Part shown: positions 20,465 through 28,311 of the stretch, piece by piece
Position numbering within the stretch: position 1 is the first letter of the stretch
Layout: every line of letters starts with the position of its first letter
Source: an uncultured delta proteobacterium
GTDB taxonomy: Bacteria; Desulfobacterota; RBG-13-43-22
NCBI GenBank assembly: GCA_963711835.1
Contig: CAVQFQ010000012.1
Span: forward strand, 64,001-128,000
Direction: 5' to 3'
Length of the DNA stretch: 64,000 nucleotides
The notes under the pieces: model-generated
Told to the model about the DNA's origin: nothing
Database searches by the model: none
What the model saw: the letters and a program-made list of their open reading frames with translations, nothing else
Made by a program: the position numbers and the translations under genes

Positions 20465-20550
20465 AACGATCTTCATAGACTTGCTCCAGGGTTTCAAGTT
20501 GGTCTTCCACGCAGCGATAATAAGGGGTCTGTTTGGGGTTTATTCGAAAC
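20465..20550 (-). pseudogene. IS91-family transposase N-terminal remnant
   Basis: NPKQTPYYRCVEDQLETLEQVYEDR resembles the IS91-type zinc-binding N-terminus (recalled from memory). Confidence 0.5.
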
Positions 20551-20572
20551 ATGCATGGTGAGTTGAATAACT

Positions 20573-21925
20573 TTAATGCTGTTTGTTCTTCTTCTCCTCG
20601 TACATCAGCGTGTCTGCCTGGGCCATAAGTTCATCGAGAGAAAAGTGTTTTTTAGGGTCATAGGGTGCTATGCCTATGCTTAGGGAGAGTGTATAGCTTC
20701 TTCCTTCAGGTCTATTGTAATCATCAAGGTAATTATGTAGACGCTTCATGATAACTTCTCTGGTTTCATTAGTAGTATCTATTGCAAGGATAACAAATTC
20801 ATCCCCTCCCATACGGCCTATGATATCTGATTCCCTGAATACCTCTTTGAGGATAGTTGCAATCTCAACAAGTGCCTTGTCACCCTCCTGGTGACCCAAT
20901 ATATCATTAATCTCTTTCATTTTATCCAGATCAGCAAAGAAGAGGAGCATGTCCTTCTTTGTCCTCTCTGTAACCTTCATCTGTTGCTGGGCAAGGGTGA
21001 AGAATCCTCTTCTATTATATAAGCCAGTAAGATCATCTATTATTGACATGGTCCGGAGTTTTTCTTCCAGTTCTTTGCGCTCGGTAACGTCCCTGAAATA
21101 TGCGAGTGTGGTTGCTTCTCCTTGGAAGGCGACTCGTGTTGCCGAGATTTCAATATAGATTGGTGTGCCGTCTTTTCGGATCCCTTTAAATTCGTACCTC
21201 AAGGGGACGAACTCACCTCTTTCTCTCTTCCGGTTACGTTCTGCGACCATCTCAAGATCATCGGGGTGTACTGTTATAAAATGGGGCTTCCCTATAACTT
21301 CTTCAGTTATGTCATAGCCGAAAATTTCCAGGAATTTTTGATTGACGTAGACGTGTCGGCCTTCCCGGACAAGGGCCACCCCGTCATGGGAGTGTTCGAT
21401 CGCCGTCCGGTACCGTTCTTCCGATTCCCTCAGCTTGCTTTCCGCCTCTTTGCGCTCGGTGATGTCGCGAAATATTCCCTGCAACAGCTTTCTGCCCTGG
21501 AGGTACAGGGGATTCGCTTTGATTTCCACTTCTCTAATGTCGCCTGTCCTGGTAACAACCTGCGTTTCTATGATTTGCCATTGTTTATCGGTCAGGTGTT
21601 GCTTGAATGTGGGGGAAACTGCCGCCTTGTCGTCTTGTGGTGGGTGCAGAATCATCTGCGGTCGCCCGATCAACTCTGCCCGCTCTCTGCATACTAAAGC
21701 CGCCAAGGCCTTGTTGCAATCAATGATGATTCCTGTTTCCGCATCCGCCAGGCAGATACCGTCCAGGGAATCGTTAAACAGGGTTCTGTAGTGTTCCTCT
21801 CTCTCCAGCAGCGCTTCCTCCGCATGCTTGCGCTCGGTTTCTGATTTTTCGAATTCAGCAATCCTCCGGCGAAGATCTTCCAACTCCTGGATCAGTTGCT
21901 CTTTAGTCTTCCTGTTATCGTCCAT
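20573..21925 (-). CDS. PAS-PAS-GGDEF diguanylate cyclase
   Basis: Two PAS domains ending RDITERK/RDVTERK, DDLTGLYNRRGF, RESD I-site, intact GGDEF. Confidence 0.95.
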   Translation of the reverse strand: MDDNRKTKEQLIQELEDLRRRIAEFEKSETERKHAEEALLEREEHYRTLFNDSLDGICLADAETGIIIDCNKALAALVCRERAELIGRPQMILHPPQDDKAAVSPTFKQHLTDKQWQIIETQVVTRTGDIREVEIKANPLYLQGRKLLQGIFRDITERKEAESKLRESEERYRTAIEHSHDGVALVREGRHVYVNQKFLEIFGYDITEEVIGKPHFITVHPDDLEMVAERNRKRERGEFVPLRYEFKGIRKDGTPIYIEISATRVAFQGEATTLAYFRDVTERKELEEKLRTMSIIDDLTGLYNRRGFFTLAQQQMKVTERTKKDMLLFFADLDKMKEINDILGHQEGDKALVEIATILKEVFRESDIIGRMGGDEFVILAIDTTNETREVIMKRLHNYLDDYNRPEGRSYTLSLSIGIAPYDPKKHFSLDELMAQADTLMYEEKKNKQH

Positions 21926-22168
21926 TCTTGAAATCTCCTGGTAAGGCTTTCACAATGAAAACTTTCACCCAAACCCAAAACCCTCGAACTTCAAATAGAC
22001 TACTCGGACTCCCAGCTTCCTTTTTATGAGGATCAGGATTTCGGAAATTCCTCTGATCACTCGACCGGTTAAAGGAAATTCGGGAGGCAACGGGAGTAGT
22101 TTGGCCAAATTGTGGAAGTCTGCCCCATTTTTTCCTCTTATCCCTCCCTATTTGTAAAAACTACCTCG

Positions 22169-22415
22169 TGGAAATGGGGACGCTGATAAAAAAGTAAATT
22201 ACCATAGGGGAGCATTTGATGTGTTTACCATATATACCGAATGAGTTTATTACTTATTGATTCCTGTGAAGTAACCCTGGTTTTTGAAATAATGATGATT
22301 CTCACAATAATTTTTTGTAGTATTTACCGGATATTGAAAACAGCATACTTTATTATTTTACTTCAAATTGGGTTACTTCTCAGGAATCACTTATTTACCA
22401 GCGTCCCCATTTCCA
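22169..22415. mobile_element. 247-bp miniature element with 22-bp TIR
   Basis: TGGAAATGGGGACGCTGATAAA / TTTACCAGCGTCCCCATTTCCA (1 mismatch), AT-rich interior. Confidence 0.65.
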
Positions 22416-22446
22416 TTAACCTCGATATTTAAAAGCCATGAGAAAG

Positions 22447-23706
22447 TCAGTTTAGATCATGTGTTGTCTTAATCGGTTGTATCTTTAATACTTCTTCGGC
22501 TATTATTGAAAGTACCTCCGCTCGTAGCTCATCGATTGAAATAGAATTTTGACCTGAGCATCGTTGTCTCATGTCATCGTTTGCTACAAATTTCGCTGGA
22601 CTAACCCCACCAAACACGTTTTGAATTCTTTCATTTTCACAACGGCGATACTCGCCTCCAACCTTTCCTCGGATTAACTTATCAAATATTGTATTATTTT
22701 CTTTTACTGCCATCACTACATACCCATACTCAATAAATGTTCCACCCGAGATGACTTCATAGAGATATGTTGAATTTCTCGGCATAAGTAGAATCGCACC
22801 AACGAAATTTACTTGTCCTACTGAATAAGAAATAGTTTGTGATCTTTCGGGTATCGTTTTTTCATCATGGCGCACTCTCTCAATTATCAACGCAATTGAT
22901 TTTTCTTTAGGGACATTAACCCATTCAACTCCCCTGATTTTGCTACGGAAAATTTGGAGCAAATCTTCATATAAAAGGCGATCCCCCCCTTTTAAATATA
23001 AAAATACGTGTGTAGTCAATTCATCTTTTCGTTTATTAGCAAATTCAGGGAAGACCGTCCCAATTAGCCCGATTTCATTGCTTCGAATGTTAATTGTTGG
23101 TAAAAGGGACTCTATTCTCTTTCCCTCCTCCGAATCTGGTCCGACTTTTTTAACATATTCGACTAAAGCTCTTATCGGTCTACTTCCTGAACCATTGCTC
23201 TGAAAATCTCTGATTGACCGATTAACTATGATCTGCTGGTGTTGAGGGGTATCGAGGGATGGGAAGAGGCCTATATCATCGCCTAAAATGAAATGAATTG
23301 TCCCTTTAATGTTGCCCTCGGTGACCACTTTTTCCAGTTTTTCATAAAGACTACTAACTTCAGCTGGTTGGAATAAGTTGGCGGAATCTAAAAATAATAA
23401 TCTCCTATAGGCAGTGACAGCGTGATTGGGAGCCGATATTTTGTCAATCAATTTTTCAAAATTTGCGAGGTAATAATATCGAATCGCTGGATAGCTGTGG
23501 AATAGCTCCCTCACTTTAGGAATGGCCGTTGGACGAGCCAGAGCTTTATCGATATGTTGTACCCCATTAATATTTTCGTTTTTAGAGAAAGCTACTCGCG
23601 CCTCATCAATATGATAAGTAGCTTGGTCTTCGTTTGTCCGTGGATAGGTAGCACATCCCAAAAAAAAGATAGTTACGCTTATTGTGACTATAATGCTTAA
23701 TTTCAT
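22447..23706 (-). CDS. Hypothetical lipoprotein (low GC)
   Basis: 419-aa ORF, signal peptide with lipobox FLGC. Confidence 0.75.
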   Translation of the reverse strand: MKLSIIVTISVTIFFLGCATYPRTNEDQATYHIDEARVAFSKNENINGVQHIDKALARPTAIPKVRELFHSYPAIRYYYLANFEKLIDKISAPNHAVTAYRRLLFLDSANLFQPAEVSSLYEKLEKVVTEGNIKGTIHFILGDDIGLFPSLDTPQHQQIIVNRSIRDFQSNGSGSRPIRALVEYVKKVGPDSEEGKRIESLLPTINIRSNEIGLIGTVFPEFANKRKDELTTHVFLYLKGGDRLLYEDLLQIFRSKIRGVEWVNVPKEKSIALIIERVRHDEKTIPERSQTISYSVGQVNFVGAILLMPRNSTYLYEVISGGTFIEYGYVVMAVKENNTIFDKLIRGKVGGEYRRCENERIQNVFGGVSPAKFVANDDMRQRCSGQNSISIDELRAEVLSIIAEEVLKIQPIKTTHDLN

Positions 23707-23835
23707 TTTCCTATTCTTTCTTTACGTCTCTTGAGTACACTAAAGATCAGAATTGCGAACCTGTTACCTTTTCTCCCTCACGAAGACTTGACTCTTTGAT
23801 TGTATTAACTTTAGGATCTGTTCTCTTTAAGTATT

Positions 23836-24597
23836 TTATTTAATAATTTTATAAATTCCCCCAGATTTGCTAATATTAACACGGTGCTCTCTCTGTAGAT
23901 GGTGAATGTGAGTTTCGATTCTTCTGGCGGTTGTAATTAAATCCCTAGTTGAAAACCCTTTTTCTATCAGTATGGAAGCCATTTTTCTTATTGAGGCTCC
24001 TTTTTCTAATAATCTATCTATCATCCCCCCTTGTTTTTCAAAACTATGATTATATTCACTGCGCTCAAAGCCATTAGATTTAGGCAACACATTATAGGAT
24101 TTATTTTTCTTCATTGGTTGGACAGTAAGAGTATTTGTCTTATTAGACCCTACAACCATAGGGGCATCCATTCGTTTAATTTGATGAGCAGTAAACGGTT
24201 CAATATCTTCGGGAGTAAAACATTTAAGCAGCTCTTCATCATTTTTATCCTTAAGGAAATTGATTAGATTCGAAATCGTTAATTCTTTCCATTCTATTCC
24301 ATGATGGTCCAATGCACGTCGTAAATTAAATGGGACTTTATTATTAACCAACATTACTCTGATTGTTGGATCATCTGCAGTAAGCAATAATCCCTCATAA
24401 TCCAAAATTTGACCTATGTGATCCCTTTTTATAATTCCCAATTTTAATTCGACAATGAGTTTATTTTTATGTCTGTCTTCAAATAAGACATCAACATACT
24501 TACCTTTTAGATTAACTTGCCTTCCGCTTAATAATAACCCACCTTCTATCAATTCAGGATATTTAACCAGGATATTTTCAAATTCATGTTCTTTCAT
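23836..24597 (-). CDS. NucS/DUF91-like PD-(D/E)XK endonuclease domain protein
   Basis: E.EFE..L..YPELIE.GL....RQ...VDVLFED...IVELK...IGQILDY; low GC. Confidence 0.78.
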   Translation of the reverse strand: MKEHEFENILVKYPELIEGGLLLSGRQVNLKGKYVDVLFEDRHKNKLIVELKLGIIKRDHIGQILDYEGLLLTADDPTIRVMLVNNKVPFNLRRALDHHGIEWKELTISNLINFLKDKNDEELLKCFTPEDIEPFTAHQIKRMDAPMVVGSNKTNTLTVQPMKKNKSYNVLPKSNGFERSEYNHSFEKQGGMIDRLLEKGASIRKMASILIEKGFSTRDLITTARRIETHIHHLQREHRVNISKSGGIYKIIK

Positions 24598-24659
24598 AGT
24601 TACCCCTTGTTAATGTCTGATTATAAATACCGTAGACAGGCCGTATTCGCTGAGTGAAC

Positions 24660-24872
24660 TTATTTTTCTTGGGAATGATTAAGGTGGTCATAAATGGAAT
24701 CCCCTGTATCGTAGGATTCAAAAAACTTTTTTTTCGATGCCTCTCGCCACATGGAATCCTCGTCACCCTCATCAATAATAGATATTTGAATGCGCTTTCC
24801 CGGTTCAGCGGAAATGGGTTGACTCAGTTCCAGATGGGTCAAATCCACTATTTTTGCTGAAATAATTTCCAT
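24660..24872 (-). CDS. Small putative antitoxin; cognate toxin apparently lost
   Basis: GGAGG SD then MEIISAKIVD..HLEL...W......FFESYD..DSIYD; overlapping MTT... start that decays. Confidence 0.5.
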   Translation of the reverse strand: MEIISAKIVDLTHLELSQPISAEPGKRIQISIIDEGDEDSMWREASKKKFFESYDTGDSIYDHLNHSQEK

Positions 24873-24997
24873 TTCTCCTCCTTTTAAGCCCTTCCAGTCT
24901 TCTTCTACTACCGGGGAAACAATGTCCCCCATAAAGGTGACGGTGTTTTTTGAGGAAGGTTTGCGGTCGGTTTTAGAATTGTCTTGGAAATCGTTAT

Positions 24998-25408
24998 TCA
25001 TCGTCCACGAACCCCTTCAATGTAGCGATCCGTACTGGAGGGTTTCTTTAAAATCCCCGAGACCGCATCCACCGGATGTTCCTTCTTACTCCCCTTCTGA
25101 ATTATTTGAATATTTTCAAAAACCTTTTCATCAATCTGGCTCAATTCCCAGTTGTTCTGCAAGTTAAGCCAAAACCGGGGGCTTCCTCCCAAAGCCTTCG
25201 ATAGCTTCCTCGCCATTTCAGCGCTTATCCCTCTTTTTCCACGAATTATTTCATTAATAGTTTTTGGCAGCACGCCAATATGTTTCGCCAGAGCCGATTG
25301 GGTAAGACCAATTTCCTCAAGTTCATCCCGGAGTACTTCCCCGGGATGAACAGGGGTATAATGATTGATATCCTGTGTGCCTTTATTTTTAAAGGTTTTT
25401 ATGGCCAT
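24998..25408 (-). CDS. higA: HigA antitoxin chimera (HigB N-terminus + HigA + VapB-like tail)
   Basis: MAIKTFKNKGTQDI fused to PVHPGEVLRDEL...FWLNLQ, tail HPVDAVSGILK...TDRYIEGVRGR. Confidence 0.75.
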   Translation of the reverse strand: MAIKTFKNKGTQDINHYTPVHPGEVLRDELEEIGLTQSALAKHIGVLPKTINEIIRGKRGISAEMARKLSKALGGSPRFWLNLQNNWELSQIDEKVFENIQIIQKGSKKEHPVDAVSGILKKPSSTDRYIEGVRGR

Positions 25409-25436
25409 TTTTTGTCTTAAAGAAATTCTGTCTAAC

Positions 25437-25455
25437 TATACCACATTCCGGTATA
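25437..25455. promoter_or_regulatory. Putative higBA promoter/operator
   Basis: TATACC-N7-GGTATA palindrome overlapping a minus-strand TATAGT -10. Confidence 0.5.
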
Positions 25456-25504
25456 ATATCGAAAAAAATTCAAGTGGTCCCAACCTGTTCTGAACAGGCC
25501 AAGA

Positions 25505-28261
25505 CTAATTCCCGGGTGAAACCTGAGGGGCATGGATCTCAACTTTTTCCACTGACCACCAGTAGACCGGATCGGACTGAGTCAAGGTCAAGCGCAGGAA
25601 TCGTGTCTTAATGGCCGGCTGACACCGGTATCGCATCCAGGAACCTCGGCTCGAAAGTAGAAGCTGGCCGCTGAAAACAAGGGGTTCCGTTTGATCCAAC
25701 GATACCGGATCCCAATTCCTGCCATCCTGAGAGAATTCGGCTCTCAAACCCCGAGGATAGTCATCAGCGTAATAGGGGTTGTGAAGCGTTATCCACTCGA
25801 CAGGTTGGCTTCGGCCACCATCCAAAATCAGGCTTAAACCGGGTCGCTGGGGAGTTCCTGTACTCCACCGTTTGCCCTTGATATAACCATGCACTAATCC
25901 TGCCGCTTCTTTTGGGTTGGACTCCGAATAGGAGGCGGCCAAGGGTAGGCTACCCTTCATCTGCCTACCCTGTAGAATAAAAAGTGTGTAACGACCCAGA
26001 TCCATTGATCGGGAGCGGATGCCCGAACGGCCCAAGCGCAAAGCCACTTCGGAGGTTTCCCGCTTGGCGATCAGCAAGCCGTTCCCAACCCCGGGATCCA
26101 GCAAGGGGAGGGTGTGAGGGAGGACAAGACCAACCTCATCATTATATTCATTGGCTAATAAAACCGCAGGCTGCAGTCCCACTCGACTTCTAATAACAGC
26201 CGAGGGCCAGGCATCGGCATAGACCCTTCTAAGGGGAAGCGTTGAAAACACCCTGACCAGTTGGTCGGCTGTTTGAGACCAGGTAGGAAGTCTCATCCGT
26301 TGGCCGGGGCCAAAGACCAAACATTCTCTGGTGCTCAGGTCTAAATGGTCCTGACCCAGGTTCGTCAGGCGAAGATAGCGCAGGGTTTGCGGTTTGAAAT
26401 AACATTCCACCCTGGGGTAGCGGATTTTAAGAAAGGGATGAGGTCCGGAGAAATAAAAAGGCCCCCAATACCCATTCGTTTCCCTGATGATTTTGAAATT
26501 TAAATCGGACCCGGCCCCCTCCAAACGTAAGCCGGCCGGCATTTTTCTGAAATCTTCAACAATCAAGGCCAGGCCGCTTACGGCTTCCTCTCGTCCAAAA
26601 TCCAGGAGAAAGCCGTTCCCCTCGGCCTCTTTTTCGCCGACGGTAAACCCGGTGGTAAAATCGCCATCATGAAGAGACCGGCCCAGGTCCTCCCCCTGTA
26701 AAGAGTAAAACTTCCACTGGTCTCTTTCTAAAAGACGTTCGGCACCTTGAGGTTCAGCAAAGGAATGAAAAATTCTATTTTGCCAGAGCCGATAAGACAG
26801 ACCCAATAAATGGGCACTTTTTCCAATCTCTTCCATAAAACCCGGGTTTATCGCAGCATCGACCAGGACCGAAGAAGAGACTTGTTCTTCTGCCCAGGGA
26901 TGGGAAATGATGGGCTTCCCGGCGGCCAGGAAGGCCATCTGAAGATCGTCACCATAGAGGTATTCAAAACCTTCTTTCCTGATGGTCTCCAATTGCTCCT
27001 TCATTTTTCCTTCCCGCTGGAGATAAAAACCCTGGCGGACATCCAGCAGGCTTCCCCCAACACCCCAATTAATCCTGAAAGTGCTATAGCCGTGAATAGC
27101 CGTGCCGACTACCAATAAGGCCAGAAGGAGCGTTGGCCAAGGGGCTTTCCATCTTACCGTTCCCCAGAATCCCCAGCACCAGGGAAGAATCAGAATTAGA
27201 GGAAGCAAATAGCGTTGGTCAAAGGAACCTATACTCTGCCAGTTCCCCCCAATAAGGAGCGCGCTGCAATTGACCAGCACCAGCACCGGGGGGAGCAGAT
27301 TCGTCCGGATTGGAGAGCGAAGACCGGATAGGGTCAATCGGACCAGAGAAACCAAAAAAAGACTTAGCCAACCGAGGCTGGTTAAAAATTTCAAGGAGTT
27401 GATGGAGAGGCCGTCGATACCGGCCAATGAGTGAATCCCAAAAAGTCCGGGAAGGGCAATAAAGAAAAAGTTGTTTAGACGTTTACCGATAAAAAGTACT
27501 TCCTGGGCGGTTTCTATATTCCACCAAGGCCAGCCGTAATAAAGGCAAAAATAGATGAGCGGACTGGCTCCGACCAGGAGTCCAAGAATCAGCCAAGGGA
27601 AGGAGGGTCTCCAAAAATAAAACCGGAGCATCAGTAATAAAAAAAACCCGCAAGTCCCGATGACAATGGCTGTAAGAAAATTGGTCCAAAAGGCGCATCC
27701 TGAAAGAAGACCCCAAATGAAAAAAACCTTTGAATCGGGTTTGTTCCTTTCCAGCACTGTAACAGTCAGGAGAAGTATAAGGGCAGAAAGGAAGAGAGCC
27801 AGGGGATAATGGGTCCGGGCCTCCCCGACCCAATACAAGGCAAAGGCTGGAGGAAAGGCCAGACAGGCTATTCCTATCATCAAACCCCAAGACTGGAGTT
27901 GTTTTTTCAATATCCAATACAAGACCAGCATGGTCCCCAGGGAAAGCAGAAAAGGCAAAAAATTAACAGCCAGAGAAGAAGCACCGGTCCAGGCATAGAT
28001 GGGTGCGGCCAGATAAGCATCCAGGGTACCCATAAACTTCTGACCGTAAAAAAAAAGGGGGAAGTTGCCTTTTAGGACATCCAATCCCAACAGTCCGCAG
28101 GTGGCTGCATCCCGATCCATAACCGCGGAGGCATATCTCCATAAACGCAGAACCACCGCCGTGGAAAAAAGAAGAATAACCAAGCCGCTCCTCCAGGCTG
28201 ATTTTTTCACCGAATTCGTTTGAAAGTCGCCCCTTTCAGAGAAGGCCATTTTTTCTCTCAT
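25505..28261 (-). CDS. GT-C (PMT/ArnT-like) membrane glycosyltransferase with discoidin (F5/8C) domains
   Basis: DAA..GL...P.FFYGQ.FMG.L, multiple TM helices, RWSTGTPQ...DYPRGL..EFS.DG..W discoidin motifs. Confidence 0.75.
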   Translation of the reverse strand: MREKMAFSERGDFQTNSVKKSAWRSGLVILLFSTAVVLRLWRYASAVMDRDAATCGLLGLDVLKGNFPLFFYGQKFMGTLDAYLAAPIYAWTGASSLAVNFLPFLLSLGTMLVLYWILKKQLQSWGLMIGIACLAFPPAFALYWVGEARTHYPLALFLSALILLLTVTVLERNKPDSKVFFIWGLLSGCAFWTNFLTAIVIGTCGFFLLLMLRFYFWRPSFPWLILGLLVGASPLIYFCLYYGWPWWNIETAQEVLFIGKRLNNFFFIALPGLFGIHSLAGIDGLSINSLKFLTSLGWLSLFLVSLVRLTLSGLRSPIRTNLLPPVLVLVNCSALLIGGNWQSIGSFDQRYLLPLILILPWCWGFWGTVRWKAPWPTLLLALLVVGTAIHGYSTFRINWGVGGSLLDVRQGFYLQREGKMKEQLETIRKEGFEYLYGDDLQMAFLAAGKPIISHPWAEEQVSSSVLVDAAINPGFMEEIGKSAHLLGLSYRLWQNRIFHSFAEPQGAERLLERDQWKFYSLQGEDLGRSLHDGDFTTGFTVGEKEAEGNGFLLDFGREEAVSGLALIVEDFRKMPAGLRLEGAGSDLNFKIIRETNGYWGPFYFSGPHPFLKIRYPRVECYFKPQTLRYLRLTNLGQDHLDLSTRECLVFGPGQRMRLPTWSQTADQLVRVFSTLPLRRVYADAWPSAVIRSRVGLQPAVLLANEYNDEVGLVLPHTLPLLDPGVGNGLLIAKRETSEVALRLGRSGIRSRSMDLGRYTLFILQGRQMKGSLPLAASYSESNPKEAAGLVHGYIKGKRWSTGTPQRPGLSLILDGGRSQPVEWITLHNPYYADDYPRGLRAEFSQDGRNWDPVSLDQTEPLVFSGQLLLSSRGSWMRYRCQPAIKTRFLRLTLTQSDPVYWWSVEKVEIHAPQVSPGN

Positions 28262-28311
28262 GCACCGTTTTCACAAGACTATTAAGAATTTTTCTTTAAA
28301 AACGTTTCCCT

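Noticed and set aside
21926-22168. c-di-GMP riboswitch upstream of the diguanylate cyclase
   Set aside because: No recognisable GEMM P1/P2 motifs by eye; an Rfam scan would settle it.
25430-25436. GTTAGAC (GTTRRRY) upstream of the higB/higA chimera as an attC end
   Set aside because: It overlaps the -10 box and operator palindrome, and no matching RYYYAAC/L-box arm was found.
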